In this document: in pieces, positions 29,022 through 40,761 of the stretch
How positions within the stretch are numbered: the first letter of the stretch is position 1
How the letters are laid out: every line of letters starts with the position of its first letter
Assembly: GCA_965202915.1 (NCBI GenBank)
Contig: OZ241847.1
Coordinates: 2,194,242-2,258,241, forward strand
DNA from: Gammaproteobacteria bacterium
GTDB lineage: Bacteria; Pseudomonadota; Gammaproteobacteria; Eutrophobiales; Eutrophobiaceae
Direction: 5' to 3'
Length of the DNA: 64,000 bases
Position numbers and translations under genes: made by a program
The notes under the pieces: model-generated
What the model was told of the DNA's origin: nothing
Database searches by the model: none
What the model saw: only the letters and a program-made list of their open reading frames with translations

Positions 29022-31367
29022 TCATCCACCGATTGCGTCGCGGCGGCCGGCGCGTTTGCCGATCAATAGCGACGCAATTGCCGGCAAAATCAAAATTGCA
29101 CCCGCCATGCTGACAAGTAACATGAAGCTAAGAAGAACGCCCATGTCGGCCTGGAATTTTAACGGAGAATACAACCAGGTTATCACCCCGGTGGCCAGCG
29201 TTACGCCGGTAAAGATGACACCGAAACCACTGGTTTGCAAAGCGATAAAATACGCCTGGCGTATGCTCGCGCCCCGCTTCAAGGAGTCGGATATTTGGCT
29301 GTATATGTAAATCCCGTAATCGACACCGATGCCTATGCCCAATGCAACCACCGGCAGGGTGTTCACCTTCAAACCGATTGCAAGATAACTCATCAGGGCA
29401 TAGCTAAGTAAAGACACAAGTACCAGGGGTAATACGATGCACAGCATCCCGCTGATGGATCGAAATTGTATTAAACAGAGCAATATGATTGCGGCAAAAA
29501 CATAAAGTAAAATTGGAAATTGTGCCGCCCTGACCTCCTGGTTAGTGGCCGCCATTACACCGACGTTGCCGGTCGCGAGTCTGAAATTGACCAAATCGGT
29601 TTGATTTTCGGTCTTAAATTGTTCCACGCCGTCTATTACCGCGTCAATCGTTTCGGCCTTGTGGTCCTGGGTGAATATATGCACCGGCATGGCACTGCAA
29701 TCAGTGTTCAACAATCCGGAAGAGGTCGGCACGTGGGAAACGGCACGGGTCAGGGACGACCGGTTCCTGGGCAATACTCGCCACTTCATATCGCCTTCAT
29801 TCCATCCGGCGTTTATTCTTTTGGCAATTAACGGCAGCCCGACCACGGATTGAACTCCGGGCGTGTTTTGCATGTGCCATGCAAACCGATCGATCAAATC
29901 CATGACGTGATAATCGATACAACCTTCACTCTTTGTTTCGGCGATTATCGAAATCACGTCGACACCGATTGAAAATCGTTTTGTGATCGCGTCGGTGTCG
30001 ACGTTATAGCGCGCCTCTTCATGCAATTCCGGAACGCCGCGATGCAAGTCGCCTATCTTCACATCCGTCCCCTTTACAAACCCGAAAATGCCCAGCAATA
30101 CCGAAACTGCAATAATCGATTGCGCGTAAGGATAAGCGGTCAGGCCGGACGTCTTCCACCATAAAGCTCGCAGAGCATCGGCCCGGCGTTGTAATTTTTC
30201 ACCATAAGACGCGTCAAACTTGATAAATGAAATCAGCACCGGCAGTAAAAATAGGTTGGTAAAAATGATCACGGCCACGCCTATGCTTGCGGTGATCGCC
30301 ATTTCCCGGATGATATCGATCTCGATGAACGAGATGCTTATAAAACCGATCGCGTCACTGATAAGCGCAATCGAGCCGGCAATGAATAATTTTCTAAAAC
30401 TTTTTTTGGCCGCGTTCAAACTATCGGCGCCCCGATAAATTTCAGCGCCCGCGGCGCCAATCATCTGCACGCCGTGGCTGACCCCGATGGCAAAGATTAA
30501 AAAGGGCAGAAGTATCGACATCGGGTCGATTCCAAATCCGAACAGGGACAGCACGCCCAGTTGCCAGATCACCGCAACCAGTGAACAGACCAATGGCACG
30601 ACCGCCATTTTGATCGATTGCGCATAATAAATGACCAGCAACGCGGTGATCAGAAACGCAATCGCAAAAAACGCAACCACCCGCTTGACGCCTTTGCTAA
30701 TTTCGTTAATTACCATCGCAAAGCCTGTGATATGGTAATCGATATTTGTTGCCGCATATTTTGTCCTGATATTTTCTTGCAATTGTTCGGCAACGCGGAC
30801 GTAATCAAGCCGTTCGCCGGTTCTTGGATCAATCTCCAGCAGTTGTGCGCTGATTAACGCCCCTGAAAAATCATTCGCCACCAGCCGACCCAACAGGCCC
30901 GCCTTGATGATGTTTTCCCGTACCCGCTTGAACCCTTCATCGGTCGCCGCAAAATTATCAGGAATAACGTTGCCGCCGGCAATGCCCTCCTCGACCACCT
31001 CGATAAAACGCACGTTAGGGGTAAAAAGTGATCTAATTTGGGCGCGATCGACACCGGCAATAAAAAATACTTCGTCGGTCACCTTATTCAAGGTATTAAA
31101 GAATTCGGGAGTAAATATATCCCCCTCTTTCGCCACCAGGGCAACCAGAATTCGGTTTGCCGCGCCAAACTCATTCTGATATTGGATGAAGGTTTGCATG
31201 TATTCATGTTTGAGCGGCAGTAATTTGTCAAAACCGGCGTCCATTTTAAGGTGGCTGGCCGACCAAAGCATGAATGCGCTTATGAGCAGGAATATGCCGA
31301 TCACCACCGCACGGTTGGCAAATAAAAACCATTCGAGGCAGGCAAGCGGGGCCGATTGCCGCATCAT
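29022..31367 (-). CDS. RND-superfamily exporter, MMPL/HpnN-like
   Basis: 781 aa: 12 predicted TM segments in two 6-TM halves, each preceded by a large periplasmic loop. ATGA overlap with the upstream gene. Confidence 0.65.
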   Translation of the reverse strand: MMRQSAPLACLEWFLFANRAVVIGIFLLISAFMLWSASHLKMDAGFDKLLPLKHEYMQTFIQYQNEFGAANRILVALVAKEGDIFTPEFFNTLNKVTDEVFFIAGVDRAQIRSLFTPNVRFIEVVEEGIAGGNVIPDNFAATDEGFKRVRENIIKAGLLGRLVANDFSGALISAQLLEIDPRTGERLDYVRVAEQLQENIRTKYAATNIDYHITGFAMVINEISKGVKRVVAFFAIAFLITALLVIYYAQSIKMAVVPLVCSLVAVIWQLGVLSLFGFGIDPMSILLPFLIFAIGVSHGVQMIGAAGAEIYRGADSLNAAKKSFRKLFIAGSIALISDAIGFISISFIEIDIIREMAITASIGVAVIIFTNLFLLPVLISFIKFDASYGEKLQRRADALRALWWKTSGLTAYPYAQSIIAVSVLLGIFGFVKGTDVKIGDLHRGVPELHEEARYNVDTDAITKRFSIGVDVISIIAETKSEGCIDYHVMDLIDRFAWHMQNTPGVQSVVGLPLIAKRINAGWNEGDMKWRVLPRNRSSLTRAVSHVPTSSGLLNTDCSAMPVHIFTQDHKAETIDAVIDGVEQFKTENQTDLVNFRLATGNVGVMAATNQEVRAAQFPILLYVFAAIILLCLIQFRSISGMLCIVLPLVLVSLLSYALMSYLAIGLKVNTLPVVALGIGIGVDYGIYIYSQISDSLKRGASIRQAYFIALQTSGFGVIFTGVTLATGVITWLYSPLKFQADMGVLLSFMLLVSMAGAILILPAIASLLIGKRAGRRDAIGG

Positions 31368-32431
31368 CGATTGTTTTGGAAAACGTCACGCCGCGTCAAG
31401 CGTTTAATGCCAAATTCACCGACCAACACCAGCCCGTCATCAGCGACCGTACTGATTGCCGCAATCCCCTGTCGTTGCTCCAGGGAGCGGGACTGGAACG
31501 TTGCCCCATTATCGCGACTGAGCAGATACCGGCCTCCGGTCGCGGAGATAACGATGCCGTCGGCCAATCCAAGCCCTGCAGTTAACCTTTCCGTGGTATT
31601 AATATCGATTTTATTCCAGTTAACGCCGGCATCGGTCGATCTGTACAGATGGCCGCGCAGACCGAACACCAAAAGAGTATCGGCTCGTGCCGGCAAGACG
31701 CCAAAAAAAGAGCCGTCATAGGGGGACGAGATCGCCGACCAGGTCGCACCCTGGTCGAAAGATTGAAAAATATTGCCCGCTTCCGCGGCAATATATAACA
31801 CTCCTTCGTCAGACCCGGCAATATCATGCAAATGAAAATCAAAGAAGTCTTCAGCGGCGCCATCGGTGCCGAGCAGGTCGGCAAAGGCCAATTGCCGCCA
31901 ACTGGAACCGCCGTCTTGCGTCAGCAGATATAAACCATATGCACCGATCGCAATGCCATGATTTGCATCGAAAAACCAAAGATCGAGTAATGGGGCGTCC
32001 AATTCAATGTTAGAGTGGACTTTGGTCCAATTTTTGGCGCCGTCCTCGGTTTTCAGAATAATTGCATCATGACCGGCGGCCCAGCCGATGCTATCATCCA
32101 GCATAAAAACACTGGTCAGCGTTGCTCTGCTTGCAACCCTGGCCTGATGCCAATTTACACCGTCGGCCGAATAAAGAATATGGCCTCGTTCTCCGACCAC
32201 CACGACCAACGACTTGGAGGATGCCGCCGACAGCAATAAGGATTGTTTTGCCAGCGGCGCAATAGTGGCGTATTCATCGTTTGCCAGGACAATCCCGGCT
32301 CCGAGGAATAAAAATAATAAGGGCATTGAAGAAACAAAACCGGAGGGCTTCGGCGCGTGATGAAACATTGAACCGCCATCATTAAAAAACCTGTTCATTG
32401 CCGCCACCGGAGCTGATTTTCCAGTCGGCAA
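31364..32431 (-). CDS. BNR/Asp-box repeat protein (Ycf48-like beta-propeller), secreted
   Basis: Repeated SxDxGxTW boxes: SADGVNWHQA, TEDGAKNWTKV, TQDGGSSWRQL, SFDQGATWSAI, STDAGVNWNKI. N-terminal signal peptide. Confidence 0.65.
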   Translation of the reverse strand: MPTGKSAPVAAMNRFFNDGGSMFHHAPKPSGFVSSMPLLFLFLGAGIVLANDEYATIAPLAKQSLLLSAASSKSLVVVVGERGHILYSADGVNWHQARVASRATLTSVFMLDDSIGWAAGHDAIILKTEDGAKNWTKVHSNIELDAPLLDLWFFDANHGIAIGAYGLYLLTQDGGSSWRQLAFADLLGTDGAAEDFFDFHLHDIAGSDEGVLYIAAEAGNIFQSFDQGATWSAISSPYDGSFFGVLPARADTLLVFGLRGHLYRSTDAGVNWNKIDINTTERLTAGLGLADGIVISATGGRYLLSRDNGATFQSRSLEQRQGIAAISTVADDGLVLVGEFGIKRLTRRDVFQNNR

Positions 32432-32439
32432 GCGGTCAT

Positions 32440-33792
32440 TTATCGGCGTCCCCGCCTGCGCAACGCGCCCGGCGTAAATTCCCAGTTGGAAAAATTCACA
32501 TTGAAGTTAAGCGGCATACTCTCATTATTCAGTCCTATGGCCAGATATCGGCCAACCTGCAGATCGGTATGCACTTCCAGCGTGGTCCATACACTTTGGA
32601 CGTCATAATAATTCATCGCAAAGCCCTCGGAGACCCGCCACAGCTGATCACGATTGTCATAATGATCGACTATCAGGATCTGCCATGAATCTTCATCGAC
32701 ATAAAATACTCTGCGTTTATAGATATGGCGCACACCCGGTTTCAACGTCGCCCGCACCACCCACACTCGGTGCAATTCATAGCGAGGATAACTCTGATTA
32801 ATATGCAACGGGGTCAAAATATCACCGTATTTAAGTGATGGGGAATGCAATTTGTAGCTGTTGTACGGCACGTAGATTTCCTTTTTACCCTCCAGGCTCC
32901 AGTCGTAACGTTCGGGACTGCCGTTGAACATGTCCAGTTGGTCATTGGTGCGCATACCATCCGATGCCGTACCCGGATTATCAAACGCCAGGTTGGGTGC
33001 GCGTCTCACCCGCCGTTGACCGGGATTATAAAACCATGCTTTGCGATTTTCCGCCTTTTGATTCATGGTTTCATGAACCAATAATATACCACCCGCCAAA
33101 CGAGCCGGGGCTTTCACTTCCTGTTTGAAATATAAAATAATGTTATTCAGTTTATCCGGCGTCATATCCTCATGGCTGTATAACATGGCAAAATGATCAT
33201 GGAACTGAACCAGGGTATAATCACCTCCCCTTGTTGGTGTCGCCTGGGCAATATTTCGTTCGACATACTCTCCGCGCCAACGCAATATATGATTCCAGAT
33301 CACTTCCAGCCCGTTCGCGGGGATTGGAAATGGAATGCCCAGCACCGCGTTTTGTACGCCGTTACCATCCGCGGTCAGCCTCGCCGACGCGGCGATCCGT
33401 TTAGTCGCGTCGTAGATGTGCCTGGGTGCCGAGGCGCTGCGCCGAGTCGGGTATATATTCATCTTATAAGTGTCAGGATAGGTGCCAAGCAATGCCTTAT
33501 GCCCCGCACTTAATTTATCCGCGTGGTCATCGGCGTTATTTGCGGTTATGGTAAATTTCACGGCATCGCCGGCATACGGGTCCGTATAATGTTGGCCGGG
33601 TATATAAGCGGACGGTGGCGTAGTAATACCGCCCTCCCAGGCGGGAATGGTGGCATTCGCATTGGCCGCTTTATCGCCACCCAAAGGCGTGAGGTCATTG
33701 TCCAAACGTGCAATTTGATCCGCGGAGATTTCTGCGGATGCAGGCAATGATATTAACGGCAGAATCAGGAGGAAACTGTTTATCAATCTCAT
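32440..33792 (-). CDS. DUF1329-family periplasmic protein (LolA-like fold family)
   Basis: About 450 aa with signal peptide MRLINSFLLILPLISLPASA. Length and sequence character typical of DUF1329. Adjacent to DUF1302, as is usual for this family. Confidence 0.6.
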   Translation of the reverse strand: MRLINSFLLILPLISLPASAEISADQIARLDNDLTPLGGDKAANANATIPAWEGGITTPPSAYIPGQHYTDPYAGDAVKFTITANNADDHADKLSAGHKALLGTYPDTYKMNIYPTRRSASAPRHIYDATKRIAASARLTADGNGVQNAVLGIPFPIPANGLEVIWNHILRWRGEYVERNIAQATPTRGGDYTLVQFHDHFAMLYSHEDMTPDKLNNIILYFKQEVKAPARLAGGILLVHETMNQKAENRKAWFYNPGQRRVRRAPNLAFDNPGTASDGMRTNDQLDMFNGSPERYDWSLEGKKEIYVPYNSYKLHSPSLKYGDILTPLHINQSYPRYELHRVWVVRATLKPGVRHIYKRRVFYVDEDSWQILIVDHYDNRDQLWRVSEGFAMNYYDVQSVWTTLEVHTDLQVGRYLAIGLNNESMPLNFNVNFSNWEFTPGALRRRGRR

Positions 33793-33811
33793 AATTTATT
33801 CTCCGCCGGAG

Positions 33812-35518
33812 TTAGAAGGAATATTTAACGTTAAAGGCAAAGAAATCACGGTCATGTATCAAATTTTGCCGGCCTGCGCCAAAGAAATTGGTATAGCTCA
33901 TATCGACCTCCCATTGATTCTGATAGATCGCGCGCAAACCCAAATTAAAGGATTTTCTGCCTTCAATAAAATTACCGCCTGGTCCGGGGCTGATTCCATG
34001 TATATCATGTTGCCAGCCAAAACGCGGTTGCAAATTGACCGCATTAAAAAGCGCATTATTATAATCAAGCCTGCCAACCAATCGATATCCGTACGCGGTT
34101 GCATCAGGAAAATTGGTCAATGGCTCAGACGCCGGCTGACCGAGCAAAACCACGGACGCGGTGGCGGGCACAAATGTATGAGGGGCTTCCAACCGGAATG
34201 TACGTTTAGCCGGTAGATTGTGGACATGGGTGATTGCAAATTCACCTAATAAAAAAGCGGAACTTGCCTTTAACGTCGGCCCGAATATTTTCGAAACAGT
34301 GAACTGAAATTGGCTGCTGTCTCGCAATATAAAACCGTCGAGGCGATTGCCCGCCGAAAATGAGCCCGCCGGTGTGATTTGGTTCGGAACACCCAGACCG
34401 GCGGCCAGCAATTCCTCAAGGTCAATTTGAAACGGCGCATCACGCCTGTAAGAATATTCACCCTGTATCGCTATGCCCGACTGACCAAGTTCATTATTAA
34501 AGCTGAAACCGAGCAGTTGTATATCCTCAGGATAACTAATGAAATACCGGGCATCAGTCAACCCACCCCGGCTGTTGCCGGAAATTGCATTTACGATCGG
34601 TAATTTGCTGTGATAATTAATGTAATAGAAGCCAAATTCGGTGGCATTAAGAATCGGGGTAAAGACTCTGATCGCCATACCATATTCTCCACCGTTGGCC
34701 GGTTCCCGGTCCGGGCCCCTGGCAAGATGGGATGCATCCATAAAGCTCCGATCGGTCCCCCTGCCAAAACCGGCGGCCACCGCAAAAACACCGCCCTTGC
34801 CAACAAAATCATTGGTGCTGAAATACGAACCCGGCGGATCAATAACGGTCTGTTCCCAATCATATTGATAAAAGGCCTCGACCGAAATATTTTCCGTTAT
34901 GGCCACATCACCCCAGATCATGCCGACCGGAATCAATGCCTCACGCACCTCCGCACCGGGCGTTCTCAATCTCGAGACGTCAACCGGATTGATGGTATTG
35001 ATACCGTTCTGAATGAAGGTGCTTTCTCCCCAACTCAACACCTGTTCACCGACCTTGATCGTACCCGGCACCTTGCCTATGGAAAAATCCAGCCACGCAA
35101 ACAAATCCCGTAAGACCAGGTTCGATTCTACAAGGCGTTTGGCGTCATTGCTCAGCGGGGTGCGATCAGTCTTATCAATCGAATGGTCGCCAAAACCACT
35201 GCCGCGAAAAAAGATCCCGGCATGGTTTTTATAAACAAGATCGAGCTCGGTGGTGAATTGTCCGGTTGCGGCGACTAATCCGGGGTCATAGTTCAAATTA
35301 CCATCATCGCCGTTGATGGAAAAGGCCGAACCGCCGTTGGCAACGCCCACCAGTTGTTTCGACCTGGATTGTACTCGGTATAGATGGCCGTAGGTTAAGA
35401 TGGTATCCCAACTACCACTAAACTCGTTAAATCTAAATGCAACGGCATTAACGGAAGCCGAATACTGCAACAAGATCAATACGGCAAACAGTCGCTTAAC
35501 CGGGCACAAATCAATCAT
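33812..35518 (-). CDS. DUF1302-family outer-membrane beta-barrel protein; start placed at MIDLCPVK (35518) before the signal peptide
   Basis: Signal peptide LFAVLILLQYSASVNA, a Gly/aromatic-rich beta-strand pattern and the C-terminal ...FNVKYSF typical of OM barrels. The upstream 113 codons of the listed ORF look non-coding. Confidence 0.6.
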   Translation of the reverse strand: MIDLCPVKRLFAVLILLQYSASVNAVAFRFNEFSGSWDTILTYGHLYRVQSRSKQLVGVANGGSAFSINGDDGNLNYDPGLVAATGQFTTELDLVYKNHAGIFFRGSGFGDHSIDKTDRTPLSNDAKRLVESNLVLRDLFAWLDFSIGKVPGTIKVGEQVLSWGESTFIQNGINTINPVDVSRLRTPGAEVREALIPVGMIWGDVAITENISVEAFYQYDWEQTVIDPPGSYFSTNDFVGKGGVFAVAAGFGRGTDRSFMDASHLARGPDREPANGGEYGMAIRVFTPILNATEFGFYYINYHSKLPIVNAISGNSRGGLTDARYFISYPEDIQLLGFSFNNELGQSGIAIQGEYSYRRDAPFQIDLEELLAAGLGVPNQITPAGSFSAGNRLDGFILRDSSQFQFTVSKIFGPTLKASSAFLLGEFAITHVHNLPAKRTFRLEAPHTFVPATASVVLLGQPASEPLTNFPDATAYGYRLVGRLDYNNALFNAVNLQPRFGWQHDIHGISPGPGGNFIEGRKSFNLGLRAIYQNQWEVDMSYTNFFGAGRQNLIHDRDFFAFNVKYSF

Positions 35519-35870
35519 TCCCTGGCCATACACTGATATCCCTCCAAAAATAACGCGTTTGCATGCACAAAAACCGATGTGATTTTTATCCTCAACGCAA
35601 TCCAAGCATACCCGGAAGCGGCGGCTGATTGCAAGGATGACGCGACTTATTAGCGTGCAGGCACAATCGCGGTGGCACATGGATTGCCCCGTATGGTTGT
35701 AGGCGGAGCTGACAGAAGCCGGCGGGACTAAGCCGATCAGCTCAGCGCACCGATTGCCACCGACAAATTGCCCAAAATTGGTATGGCAATTATTTATTAA
35801 AGCAGTTATAATAGTCTGGCATGATGTATTTTGGGAGTGGGCCTTAGCGCCCACTTTTTGGTTTTATATG

Positions 35871-36323
35871 TACAGGCAAAATCAGGCACTCATTAATCTG
35901 TTGGAGCCGGTGGTGAACGCACTCGGCTATAGGCTGTTAGGTATAGAATACCTGCCCGGAAGCAGGGGCGTACTATTGCGGTTTTATATAGATAACGATG
36001 CGGGCATCACCCTTAATGATTGTGCCAGGGTCAGCCAGCAGGTAACCGGCGTATTGGACGTCGAGAACCCGGTCCGGGACATATATGAGCTCGAGGTATC
36101 ATCACCGGGCCTGGATCGACCTTTGTTTACACTGGAGCAGATTAAGCAGTATGCGGGTCACATGGTAAGTCTAAAATTGTATGAAAAACTGCAGGGTCGC
36201 ATGCGTTTTCGAGGCAAGGTGAAAACGGTGCATAACGGTGCCGTTGTTATTTTGGCGGAAGATACTGAATATTTAATACCGGCTGGTATGATTAAAAAAG
36301 CCAGACTGGTACCTCGGATATAG
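35871..36323 (+). CDS. rimP: Ribosome maturation factor RimP
   Basis: MYRQNQALINLLEPVVNALGYRLLGIEY...LEVSSPGLDRPL, immediately upstream of nusA. Confidence 0.85.
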   Translation, partial: YRQNQALINLLEPVVNALGYRLLGIEYLPGSRGVLLRFYIDNDAGITLNDCARVSQQVTGVLDVENPVRDIYELEVSSPGLDRPLFTLEQIKQYAGHMVSLKLYEKLQGRMRFRGKVKTVHNGAVVILAEDTEYLIPAGMIKKARLVPRI

Positions 36324-36346
36324 TGATAGAACGGATGTTGAACGGT

Positions 36347-37855
36347 ATGAATAAAGAAATATTAATGGTAGTCGACGTCGTCTCCAACGAAAAAGGCGTC
36401 GCCAAAGAGATCATCTTTAACGCGCTGGAGGCGGCACTTGCAAGCGCAACCAAGAAACGCAGTCGCGAGGACATCGAGGCACGAGTATCGATTGATCGTG
36501 AAACGGGCGATTATAAAACCTTTCGCCGCTGGCAAGTGCTGGATGATGATCCGGAATTATTTGAAACGCCCAGCAGGCAAATATCATTGAGTGACGCGCG
36601 TAAAAATAATCCTGATATTAATGTGGGTGATTTTATCGAAGAACCGATGAAATCGCTGGAATATGGACGAATTGCGGCACAGGCGGCAAAACAGGTTATC
36701 GTCCAAAAAGTTCGTGAAGCAGAGCGCGACCAGGTTATCAAAAATTATCAGGACCGCATTGGTGAAATGCTGGGGGGAACTTTCAAACGCATGGACCGTA
36801 ATGGTGTAATTATCGATCTGGGCAATAATGCCGAGGGCTTGATCCCTCATTATGAATTGATTCCGCGTGAATCATTCAGACTCGGCGATCGTGTACGCGC
36901 TTATTTAACGGAGGTGAGACCGGAAGTACGCGGCCCCCAGTTATTCTTAAGCCGCACATCTCCAAAGCTGTTGATTGAACTCTTTAAAATCGAGGTTCCG
37001 GAAATTAATGAAGGCCTTATCGATATTATTAATGGTGCTCGCGACCCGGGGGTGCGGGCAAAGATTGCGGTAAAGGCAAATGATCCCCGCATTGACGCTG
37101 TTGGTGCTTGTGTCGGTATGCGCGGCTCCAGGGTGCAGGCGGTATCAAACGCGCTGGCCGGTGAACGTGTTGATATTATTTTATGGGATACAAATCCGGC
37201 TCAATTCGTTATTAATGCAATGGCACCGGCTGAAGTCGTTTCAATTATGGTGGATGAGGATGCAAAGTCCATGGATATTGCCGTTGCCGAAGAGCATTTA
37301 TCGCAGGCGATTGGCCGTGGAGGACAAAACGTTAAATTAGCCAGTGAACTGACTGACTGGGCACTAAACATCATGTCCATTGAACAGGCGGAAGAAAAAA
37401 ATGAATCTGAGGCGGAATCGTTGCGGGCGATATTCATGGAACAGCTGGACGTGGATGAGGAAGTGGCGATTATTCTGGTGCAGGAGGGTTTTTCCAGCAT
37501 TGAAGAAGTGGCCTATGTTCCGGAAAACGAGATGCTGGACATTGACGAATTTGATAATGAACTGGTGCAGGAATTAAGGGCGCGCGCGCGTAACGCCATA
37601 TTGACGCATGCCATCGCAAACGAAGAAAAACTGGGTGACGCCAAACCGGACAATGATTTATTGACTATGGAGGGCATGGATGAACAGTTGGCTTACGAAC
37701 TGGCCGGTCGAGGCGTGGTGACCGTGGAAAATTTGGCCGAACAATCGGTTGATGAACTGTTGGATATTCAAGGATTGGATAAAGATCGTGCCGGAGAGTT
37801 GATAATGACCGCCAGACAGCCTTGGTTCGAAGCCGAAAAAATGAGTAAGGTGTGA
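36347..37855 (+). CDS. nusA: Transcription termination/antitermination factor NusA
   Basis: [18 protein letters not shown]..., S1 and KH domains, and a C-terminal acidic repeat region. Confidence 0.95.
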   Translation: MNKEILMVVDVVSNEKGVAKEIIFNALEAALASATKKRSREDIEARVSIDRETGDYKTFRRWQVLDDDPELFETPSRQISLSDARKNNPDINVGDFIEEPMKSLEYGRIAAQAAKQVIVQKVREAERDQVIKNYQDRIGEMLGGTFKRMDRNGVIIDLGNNAEGLIPHYELIPRESFRLGDRVRAYLTEVRPEVRGPQLFLSRTSPKLLIELFKIEVPEINEGLIDIINGARDPGVRAKIAVKANDPRIDAVGACVGMRGSRVQAVSNALAGERVDIILWDTNPAQFVINAMAPAEVVSIMVDEDAKSMDIAVAEEHLSQAIGRGGQNVKLASELTDWALNIMSIEQAEEKNESEAESLRAIFMEQLDVDEEVAIILVQEGFSSIEEVAYVPENEMLDIDEFDNELVQELRARARNAILTHAIANEEKLGDAKPDNDLLTMEGMDEQLAYELAGRGVVTVENLAEQSVDELLDIQGLDKDRAGELIMTARQPWFEAEKMSKV

Positions 37856-37862
37856 GCAAGAG

Positions 37863-40361
37863 ATGGCAAAGATAACAATAGCTGAATTTGCTAAAAATAT
37901 AGGAGTCCCGACTGATCGTCTGACGCAGCAATTGATGGAAGCGGGCATGGGTGAAAAATCCGCCAATGGCATGATCACCGATGAGGAAAAATCTGATCTG
38001 CTTAATTTTCTGCGCCGCAGACATAGTAAAAAAGACGGCTTTGAACCTGAGAAAATTATCCTGAAAAGAAAAACAATCAGTGAAATCAAAATGCCGCCCA
38101 CCACCCAGAGCAGAATAAAGTCGCGGACAAAAACAGTGAACGTTGAATTTAGAAAACGCCGCACCTACGTTAAACGGAGCGTGGTAGCCAAAGACATGCT
38201 GAAGCAGAGGGAAGATGAAGTTGCCGCGCAACAGGCCAAACAACAGGAGGCAGAAGAGCAGAAATTAAAAATTCAGGCCGAAAAAGTCGCTCAACAAGCC
38301 GAGGAAGCGACGCCCCAGGCCGACGCGCTAAACAATGAAAAGGCGACGCTGATCAGTGAACCCCCGATAACCGCCGAAGAAAATGAAGTGAACGCGGCGT
38401 CTATGGACGCCGTGCCGCAGGCCACACCGGCGGCTGACGAGCCGGAAACGCCAAAGAAACAAGCGGAGCAAAAGGATCATAATAGTCGTAAAGAATTGCA
38501 TATTGCGAGTGAAAAATCCGGCCGGCGCAGGAAAAGAACCATCCGTCCGAAATCGGTGGTTGCCCAGGCATCACGCAAGCATGGATTTGAAAAACCAACC
38601 GCACCGATCGTTCATGCAGTGGAAATTCCCGAAAGCATTACCGTGGCGGATCTGGCCCAACGCATGTCCATTAAGGCTTCCGAAGTGCTCAAGACCATGA
38701 TGGGGCTGGGCAGTATCGCCACTATCAATCAGACTATCGATCAGGACGTGGCCGCAATTGTGGTGGAAGAGATGGGGCACAAACCGCAAATGCTAAAGGA
38801 GAACGCGCTGGAGGAAAAAATCATTCAGTCATCAAAGCAAGCGGGGGCGCAAATCAGCCGCACGCCGATCGTAACCATTATGGGACACGTTGACCACGGT
38901 AAAACGTCTTTGCTGGATTATATTCGCCGTTCCAAGGTGGCCGCCGGGGAACCCGGTGGCATCACGCAACATATTGGCGCATATCGGGTCTCCACCGATA
39001 ACGGCGATATTACCTTCCTCGACACACCGGGGCATGAGGCATTTACTGCAATGCGCGCTCGCGGGGCAAAAGTGACTGACGTGGTCGTGGTGGTTATCGC
39101 GGCCGATGATGGGGTCATGCCGCAAACCGATGAGGCGATCAAACATGCCAGGGCGGGTTCGGTGCCCATCATAGTTGCGATCAATAAAATTGACAAAGAT
39201 GACGCGGATACCGAGCGCGTCAAGCGGGAATTATCCAAGCATGGGCTGATTTCCGAAGACCTGGGCGGCGATACCATGGTGATTCACGTGTCTGCAAAAA
39301 CCGGGCAGGGCATTGATGAACTGCTGGACGGTATTCTCCTGCAAACGGAAATACTTGAGCTTAAGGCCATCAAATCCGGGCCTGCATCAGGCACTGTGAT
39401 CGAATCGAGACTGGACAAGGGACGTGGTCCGGTGGCCTCGATCCTGGTGCAGAATGGCAAATTAAACAAGGGCGACGTTATATTAAGCGGGCATGAGTTT
39501 GGGCGGGTTCGATCCATGATTGATCATAGTGGCAGGGAAGTAAGCGAAGTCGGACCTTCAACGCCGGTGGAGGTGTTCGGCTTGTCCGGCACGCCCAGGG
39601 CCGGCGATGAAATGATCGTCGTGCCGGATGAAAAGAAAGCGCGTGAGATTGCATTATTCAGGCAGGGGAAATACCGCGAAACCAAAATGGTACGGCAACA
39701 GACTGCCAAGCTCGAAGACGTGCTGTCACAAATGGGCGATGGCCTGGCAACCGGGTTGAATTTGATAATCAAAACCGACGTGCAGGGTTCGGCTGAAGCA
39801 ATGGTGGATATGCTGACGCGCTTGAGCAATGATGAAGTCCAGGTCAATATCGTCAGCAGTGGAGTGGGCGGGATCACAGAATCGGATATCAATTTGGCGA
39901 TGACCTCCAAAGGGAGGGTGATCGGTTTTAACGTCCGTGCCGACGCCGCGGCAAAAAAGCTGGCTGATGCGGAAGGTATAGATCTGCGCTATTACAGCGT
40001 CATCTATGACGTGGTTGATGACGTGAAAGCAATAATCACCGGATTGCTTACGCCTGAAGTGCATGAACAGATCATCGGTATTGCAGAGGTGCGTGATGTA
40101 TTCCATTCTCCCAAATTTGGGAATATTGCCGGATGTATGGTTGCAAGCGGAGCCATAAAGCGCAATAGCCCAATTCGGGTGTTGCGCGACAATATCGTCA
40201 TCTACCAGGGCGAATTGGAATCATTGAGACGATTCAAAAATGACGTCAGCGAGGTTAAATCCGGGATGGAATGCGGGATAGGCGTTAAAAATTACACCGA
40301 CGTCAGAGTCGGGGATCAGATAGAAATATTTGAATGTGTCGAAGTGGAGCGTAATACATAG
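37863..40361 (+). CDS. infB: Translation initiation factor IF-2
   Basis: G domain [29 protein letters not shown]. Confidence 0.95.
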   Translation: MAKITIAEFAKNIGVPTDRLTQQLMEAGMGEKSANGMITDEEKSDLLNFLRRRHSKKDGFEPEKIILKRKTISEIKMPPTTQSRIKSRTKTVNVEFRKRRTYVKRSVVAKDMLKQREDEVAAQQAKQQEAEEQKLKIQAEKVAQQAEEATPQADALNNEKATLISEPPITAEENEVNAASMDAVPQATPAADEPETPKKQAEQKDHNSRKELHIASEKSGRRRKRTIRPKSVVAQASRKHGFEKPTAPIVHAVEIPESITVADLAQRMSIKASEVLKTMMGLGSIATINQTIDQDVAAIVVEEMGHKPQMLKENALEEKIIQSSKQAGAQISRTPIVTIMGHVDHGKTSLLDYIRRSKVAAGEPGGITQHIGAYRVSTDNGDITFLDTPGHEAFTAMRARGAKVTDVVVVVIAADDGVMPQTDEAIKHARAGSVPIIVAINKIDKDDADTERVKRELSKHGLISEDLGGDTMVIHVSAKTGQGIDELLDGILLQTEILELKAIKSGPASGTVIESRLDKGRGPVASILVQNGKLNKGDVILSGHEFGRVRSMIDHSGREVSEVGPSTPVEVFGLSGTPRAGDEMIVVPDEKKAREIALFRQGKYRETKMVRQQTAKLEDVLSQMGDGLATGLNLIIKTDVQGSAEAMVDMLTRLSNDEVQVNIVSSGVGGITESDINLAMTSKGRVIGFNVRADAAAKKLADAEGIDLRYYSVIYDVVDDVKAIITGLLTPEVHEQIIGIAEVRDVFHSPKFGNIAGCMVASGAIKRNSPIRVLRDNIVIYQGELESLRRFKNDVSEVKSGMECGIGVKNYTDVRVGDQIEIFECVEVERNT

Positions 40362-40401
40362 ACCGCAGTCAGGTGACGCTGCTTTATCATAAGTCGATAT
40401 C

Positions 40402-40761
40402 ATGCCAAAAGAATTTGGACGCAATCGCCGTATTGCCGAGTTGATCAAGCACGAGCTGGCGGGGGCCTTGCAACAGCGGTTCCCGACCAGTCAATATGGC
40501 CTTATCACCCTGTCGGCGGTGGACGTCAGCCCTGACCTGGAAAATGCCAGGGTTTATGTAACCTGCCTCAGAGAGGATAGCGATATCCCGGTTTTTATCA
40601 AAGCACTGAATGCGCAGACGTATTTTTTTAGAACCCGGATCGCCAGGGTAATGCACTCCAGAAAAGTGCCGGTAATACAATTCCAATATGACGAATCGAT
40701 ACGGCGGAGTGAACGTCTGACTGCGCTGCTTGATTCACTGGCACCGCCAAAGACCGATTGA
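40402..40761 (+). CDS. rbfA: Ribosome-binding factor A
   Basis: MPKEFGRNRRIAELIKHELAG...ITLSAVDVSPDLENARVYV. Confidence 0.9.
   Translation: MPKEFGRNRRIAELIKHELAGALQQRFPTSQYGLITLSAVDVSPDLENARVYVTCLREDSDIPVFIKALNAQTYFFRTRIARVMHSRKVPVIQFQYDESIRRSERLTALLDSLAPPKTD

Noticed and set aside
40730-40761. 32-nt overlap between rbfA and the listed truB start
   Set aside because: It is probably an over-extended truB ORF with the true start downstream, not a meaningful overlap or programmed frameshift.
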